Shown here: positions 59,587 through 64,000 of the stretch, in pieces
Position numbering within the stretch: the first letter of the stretch is position 1
Layout of the letters: the number at the start of each line of letters is the position of its first letter
NCBI GenBank assembly: GCA_963842525.1
Contig: CAWJGT010000003.1
Coordinates: forward strand, 1,280,001 to 1,344,000
DNA length: 64,000 nt
Direction of reading: 5' to 3'
DNA from: an uncultured Holophagales bacterium
GTDB lineage: Bacteria; Acidobacteriota; Thermoanaerobaculia; Multivoradales; UBA5704
The notes under the pieces: model-generated
Database searches by the model: none
The model's input: only the letters and a program-made list of their open reading frames with translations
Told to the model about the DNA's origin: nothing
Program-made: the position numbers and the translations under genes

Positions 59587-60729
59587 TAGGGCTCCAGCAG
59601 CTCCCGCAGCTCCGGCAATCGCTTTTCGGTGTCGGTCTCGCCGAGGTCCATCAGCCGTTCCAGGTAGTCGGGCTGGAACATCAGCATGGAGAGGAAGTCG
59701 GACGTCGTGCTCTCGTGGCTGCCGAGGCTGCGGGCGAGGAGGCGGAAGGGGTCGGGCAGCCGCGGCTCGTAGGCGACGGCCATCTTGCCCAGGTCGATCG
59801 AGGGGCGCAGGACCCGGATCTCCACCGATCGCATGCCGTTGCGCTCCTCGGGCGGGAGCTTCTCGATCAGCCGGTTGAGGCTCACCAGCCGCCGCACGTC
59901 TTCGTCGAGGACGTCCAGGAAGATGGAGTCCAGCAGATGGGAGAGGATCTGCGCCGCGGGCGGATAGCCCGAGATCTGCGGCCGGTCCGCCTCTTCCGAG
60001 GCTCTGCTCGTAGCGCGGCGAGACGGCGAGGATGCGGCTGGCTCCCAGGCGCAGGGCCGGGGCGAGCGGGGCCGAGAGGCGGACGCCGCCGTCGCCGTAC
60101 CAGGCGTCGCCCAGGCGCACCGCCGGGAAGACGAGCGGCAGCGCGGCCGAAGCCATCACGTGCTCGACGGTGATGCGGGTGTGGAGGCTGCGGCGCTGCG
60201 GCTGGTCCCACGGGACCATGGGCCTGCCCTGGATCCAGGTGACGGTCTGGCCGGTGGCGTAGTTGAGGGCCGTCAGGGCGATCGCCTGGAGCCTGCCCAT
60301 CTCCAGGTTGCGCTGGATGCCGATGAGCTCGCCGTCGACGGTCGTCGCGGCCCGATGGATCGTCTCGCGCAGCGGATCGGTGTCGACGAGGCCGCGTATT
60401 CCGGAGCCCTCGTCCGGGGAGGGATTCCTGGCGCCGCGCAGCCAGCGCAGAACCTCGCGCGTCAGGGCGCCGGTGTCCATCCGGAAGATGTTCTCGACGT
60501 GCAGGGCGCTCCACAGGCCCGAGAGCTCCTGAGCCGCCTCGGCCATGGAGCCGGCGAAGGCGCCGAGGAATGCGGCGTTGATCGCGCCGGCGGAGACCCC
60601 CGTGATGATCGGGAAGCGCACGTCCGGGAACCAGCGGGCCAGGGCGCGCAGAGCCCCCACCTGATAGGCGGCCCGGGCGCCGCCGCCCGAGAGGACGATC
60701 GCCAGGCCTGGGGCCTCATCCGACGGCAT
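59586..60729 (-). CDS. Patatin-like phospholipase (frameshift near 59996)
   Basis: LSGGGARAAYQVG, GVSAG, DGG; C-terminus continues in the 59586 frame. Confidence 0.88.
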
Positions 60730-60832
60730 GCAGCCCTCCCCGTCTTCCTCGCTCTGGCCGCCGCGTCCGGAGACGTGGCATGATCGTAAACCGATCTCCC
60801 ATCGGCACCACTCTATCGGGAGGGGAGGCGAA

Positions 60833-61435
60833 ATGAAAACCGTCCTGACGCTCGTAGTCTTTCTGCTGGTGCTGGTCGTTGCCGGATTGGCCTTCATTTA
60901 TTCCGGGGTCTACGATGCAGCGGCTTCGACCCCCGACTCCGGCCTGATCCACTGGGTGCTCGAGACCACCCAGGAGCGCTCGGTGCACCGCCGGGCCGAG
61001 GAGGTCCCGGTGCCGGCCGCGGTCTCCAATCCAACCCCCGAGATGCTGCGCGCCGGCCTCATCCACTACCACGAGATGTGCGTCACCTGCCACGGCGCGC
61101 CCGGAGTCTCCATCTCGGAGATCGGCCAGGGGCTCAACCCCTATCCGCCCGAGCTCTCCGAGGAAGCCGGCGAAGAGGAGCCCGGCGAGCTCTTCTGGGT
61201 CGTCAAGAACGGCATCAAGATGACGGGCATGCCCGGCTTCGGGGTCACCCATGACGACGATGCGGTGTGGGCGATCGTCGCCTTCGTGCAGAGGTTGCCG
61301 AAGCTCTCGCCCGAAGAGTACCAGGCCCTGGTCCGGGAAGCCGGGCTCGAAGGGCAGGCGGGCGAGGCAGGCGCACCCGAGCACGGTCCGGCGGGGCACC
61401 ACCACGCGCCGGGCACACCCCCGCACAAGGACTGA
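60833..61435 (+). CDS. Cytochrome c family membrane protein
   Basis: CVTCH, KNGIKMTGMP; GGAGG RBS. Confidence 0.9.
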   Translation: MKTVLTLVVFLLVLVVAGLAFIYSGVYDAAASTPDSGLIHWVLETTQERSVHRRAEEVPVPAAVSNPTPEMLRAGLIHYHEMCVTCHGAPGVSISEIGQGLNPYPPELSEEAGEEEPGELFWVVKNGIKMTGMPGFGVTHDDDAVWAIVAFVQRLPKLSPEEYQALVREAGLEGQAGEAGAPEHGPAGHHHAPGTPPHKD

Positions 61436-61436
61436 T

Positions 61437-62327
61437 ATGCTTCCGGCCGTGATGGAGCTCGGCGATTTCGATCTGACGGTGGTGGGTGACGGCGGGTTCC
61501 GCCTGGACGGGGGCGCCATGTTCGGCGTCGTGCCGCGGGTGCTCTGGGAGAAGGAAGCCCCTCCGGACGACCGCAACCGCATCGGCATGGCCACCAACTG
61601 CCTGCTGGTCGCCCGCGGCAACGACCTCCTGCTGATCGACACCGGGATTGGCGACAAACACGACACGCGGTTCCGGCAGATGTACGCCATGGACGAGAGC
61701 GCGACGCGGCTCCCGGACTCCATCCGCCAGGCCGGCTACGAGCTGGGCGACGTCACCCACGTGGTCCTCAGCCACCTGCACTTCGACCACTGCGGCTGGA
61801 ACACCCGCGAGGACTCGCGCGGTGGCCGGCTGGTCCCGACCTTTCCCAAGGCGCGCTACTGGCTCCAGAGAGGCGAGGTCGAGCACGCGCGCAACCCGAA
61901 CGAACGGGACCGGGCGAGCTACTTCCCCCAGAACTGGGAGCCGCTCTTCGAGGCCGGCGTGGTCGAGCTGTTCGGCGACGAGGCCGAGCCGATTCCCGGC
62001 GTCCGGGCGGTCCGGGTGCCGGGCCACAACGCCGACATGTGCATCGTCCTGATCGACGGCGGCGGCGGGCGGAAGGCGGTCTACTGGGCGGACCTGGTGC
62101 CTCGGGCCACTCACGTTCCCTATCCGTGGATCATGAGCTACGACCTGTATCCGCTGACCACCCTGGACAACAAGAAGAGATGGCTGCCGCAGGCCGCGGC
62201 CGAGGGCTGGCTCTGCATCTTCGAGCACGACCCCGACGTCCCCTGCGCGCGGCTGGCCGAGGACAAGCCCGGCCGCTTCCGGGCGGTTCCGGTGGAAGCC
62301 CGCGCCGAGCAGCCCGCCGGCGTCTGA
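61437..62327 (+). CDS. MBL-fold metallo-hydrolase (YtnP-like)
   Basis: LDGGAMFGVVP, SHLHFDHCG, YDLYP, FEHDP. Confidence 0.92.
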   Translation: MLPAVMELGDFDLTVVGDGGFRLDGGAMFGVVPRVLWEKEAPPDDRNRIGMATNCLLVARGNDLLLIDTGIGDKHDTRFRQMYAMDESATRLPDSIRQAGYELGDVTHVVLSHLHFDHCGWNTREDSRGGRLVPTFPKARYWLQRGEVEHARNPNERDRASYFPQNWEPLFEAGVVELFGDEAEPIPGVRAVRVPGHNADMCIVLIDGGGGRKAVYWADLVPRATHVPYPWIMSYDLYPLTTLDNKKRWLPQAAAEGWLCIFEHDPDVPCARLAEDKPGRFRAVPVEARAEQPAGV

Positions 62328-62330
62328 CCC

Positions 62331-62362
62331 AATCCAAAATCCAAAATCGGAAATCCAAAATC
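62331..62362. repeat. Heptamer repeat (AATCCAA-like) before lpdA
   Basis: AATCCAAAATCCAAAATCGGAAATCCAAAATC. Confidence 0.7.
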
Positions 62363-62364
62363 AA

Positions 62365-63771
62365 ATGGCGCGAGAAGACTTCGACCTGATCATCATCGGC
62401 AGCGGCCCGGGCGGCTACGTGGCGGGGATCCGCGCCGGCCAGCTCGGCCTCAAGACCGCGGTGGTGGAGAAGGACCCCAAGTACGGGGGCACCTGCACGC
62501 ACCGCGGATGCATCCCGACCAAGGCGCTGCTCCACACCGCTGCGGTGTTCGACGAGATCAAGGAGGCCGCGGGCCTGGGCATCCAGGTAAGCGAGCCGGT
62601 GCTCGACATCAACACGGCCCAGGACCGCAAGCAGAAGGTGGTGGACAGCAACGCCCGCGGCATCGAGTTCCTCTTTAAAAAGAACAAGGTCACCGGCCTG
62701 CGCGGGCGCGGCCGTCTCGCCGGCCCCAACGAGGTGCTGGTCGAGGGCCCGGACGGCGAAGGGACCTACGGGGCCCGGTTCATCCTGATCGCCACCGGCT
62801 CGGTGCCGCGCGACATCCCGATCGCTCCGGCGGACGGCGAGCGCGTGCTCAACTCGGACCACATCCTGGAGCTGCGGCAGGTGCCGAAATCGCTCGCGGT
62901 CCTTGGCGCGGGCGCGGTGGGCACGGAGTTCGCCTCCATCTACCGCTCCTTCGGCGCCGAGGTCACGCTGATCGAGATGCTGCCGCGCGTCCTGCCGATC
63001 GAGGACGAGGAGGTCTCGGCCGATCTCCAGAAGGCGCTGCGCAAGCGGGGCATCAAGGTGATGGCCGGCACGAAGATGACCGGCTTCGAGAAGACCGACG
63101 GCGGCGTGCGGCTCCATCTCGAGCAGACCGAGAAGGACGGCAAGCCCGCCACGGTCGAAGCCGAGCTGCTGCTCTCCGCCATCGGCCGCCGGCCGGTGAC
63201 CGAGAATATCGGCCTCGAAGCGCTGGGCATCGAGCTGGAGCGGGGCTACGTCAAGGTCAACCCCTATCTGCAGACCGCGGTGCCGCACATCTATGCCATC
63301 GGCGACGTGATCAACACGCCGTGGCTGGCCCACGTCGCCTCGTCGGAGGGGATCCTCGCGGCCGAGCACATGGCGGGGCAGAAGGTGCATCCGCTCAACT
63401 ACGACCGTGTGCCGTCCTGCACCTATTGCGAGCCGGAAGTGGCAAGCGTCGGCCTGACCGAGGCCAAGGCGAAGGAGCGCGGCTACGACGTGGCGACGGG
63501 CAAGTTTCCGATGAGCGCGCTGGGCAAGGCGCGCATCCTCGGCAAGACCGAGGGGTTCGTCAAGGTCGTGCGCGACAAGAAGTACGACGAGGTGCTGGGC
63601 ATCCACATCATCGGCGCCCATGCCACCGACCTGATCGCCGAGGCCTGTGTGACGCTGCAGATGGAAGGTACCAACGAGGAGCTGATGCACACCATGCATG
63701 CGCACCCGACTCTGTCCGAGGCCGTGATGGAGGCCGCGCACGCCGCGGCCGGCCAGACGATCCATATCTAG
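62365..63771 (+). CDS. lpdA: Dihydrolipoyl dehydrogenase
   Basis: GSGPGGY, GGTCTHRGCIPTK, GAGAVG, HAHPTLSE. Confidence 0.97.
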   Translation: MAREDFDLIIIGSGPGGYVAGIRAGQLGLKTAVVEKDPKYGGTCTHRGCIPTKALLHTAAVFDEIKEAAGLGIQVSEPVLDINTAQDRKQKVVDSNARGIEFLFKKNKVTGLRGRGRLAGPNEVLVEGPDGEGTYGARFILIATGSVPRDIPIAPADGERVLNSDHILELRQVPKSLAVLGAGAVGTEFASIYRSFGAEVTLIEMLPRVLPIEDEEVSADLQKALRKRGIKVMAGTKMTGFEKTDGGVRLHLEQTEKDGKPATVEAELLLSAIGRRPVTENIGLEALGIELERGYVKVNPYLQTAVPHIYAIGDVINTPWLAHVASSEGILAAEHMAGQKVHPLNYDRVPSCTYCEPEVASVGLTEAKAKERGYDVATGKFPMSALGKARILGKTEGFVKVVRDKKYDEVLGIHIIGAHATDLIAEACVTLQMEGTNEELMHTMHAHPTLSEAVMEAAHAAAGQTIHI

Positions 63772-63822
63772 CGTGTCCGCCAAGGGGCGCTCGCGCGGCG
63801 CCCCTGTTCTCAGAGGAGTCAC

Positions 63823-64000
63823 ATGGCCAAGCTGAGCAAGAACTGGGGCCCCCTGCATCCCCAGGAGCCGGAGACCGAGCGGCTGGCGAAGACCGACCTG
63901 CCGCGCGAGGCGCAGCTCGATCTCTATCGATTCATGAAGCTCACCCGCATGACCGAGGACCGCTTGGGCAACCTCTACCGGCAGGGCAAGGTGGTGGGCG
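63823..64000 (+). CDS. 2-oxoacid dehydrogenase E1 alpha subunit, N-terminal part (truncated by window edge)
   Basis: GAGGAG RBS; LYRFMKLTRMTEDRLGNLYRQGKVVG; follows lpdA. Confidence 0.8.
   Translation, partial: MAKLSKNWGPLHPQEPETERLAKTDLPREAQLDLYRFMKLTRMTEDRLGNLYRQGKVVG

Overview
High-GC bacterial window; gene content and repeat style suggest Acidobacteriota (probably Thermoanaerobaculia), which is an inference. The right part is mostly housekeeping/envelope genes (nfeD-SPFH, SPOR, lnt, prfB, glycosyltransferases, photolyase, trmH, fbaB, lpdA, start of an E1-alpha). The left ~14 kb is an accessory mosaic. It has an ~8 kb segment bounded by direct copies of the 5' end of a DUF885 gene. That segment holds two copies of a module made of a TPR-like gene 3' remnant followed by a different secreted Cys-rich miniprotein, integron-type attC sites with no integrase in view, an IS3 element and toxin-antitoxin genes. 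Also present: an ECF sigma/Ser-Thr kinase pair facing a secreted fibre-like protein; a sigma54 activator, consensus -24/-12 promoter, orphan target gene and TPR kinase module; three palindromic tandem arrays built on a 21-bp period; REP-filled MITEs; a truncated RAYT; and several antitoxins whose toxins are deleted or missing. Several single-base insertions, including one in essential prfB, look like assembly errors. No rRNA, tRNA or CRISPR array was found. Family assignments are by motif recognition only; no searches were run.
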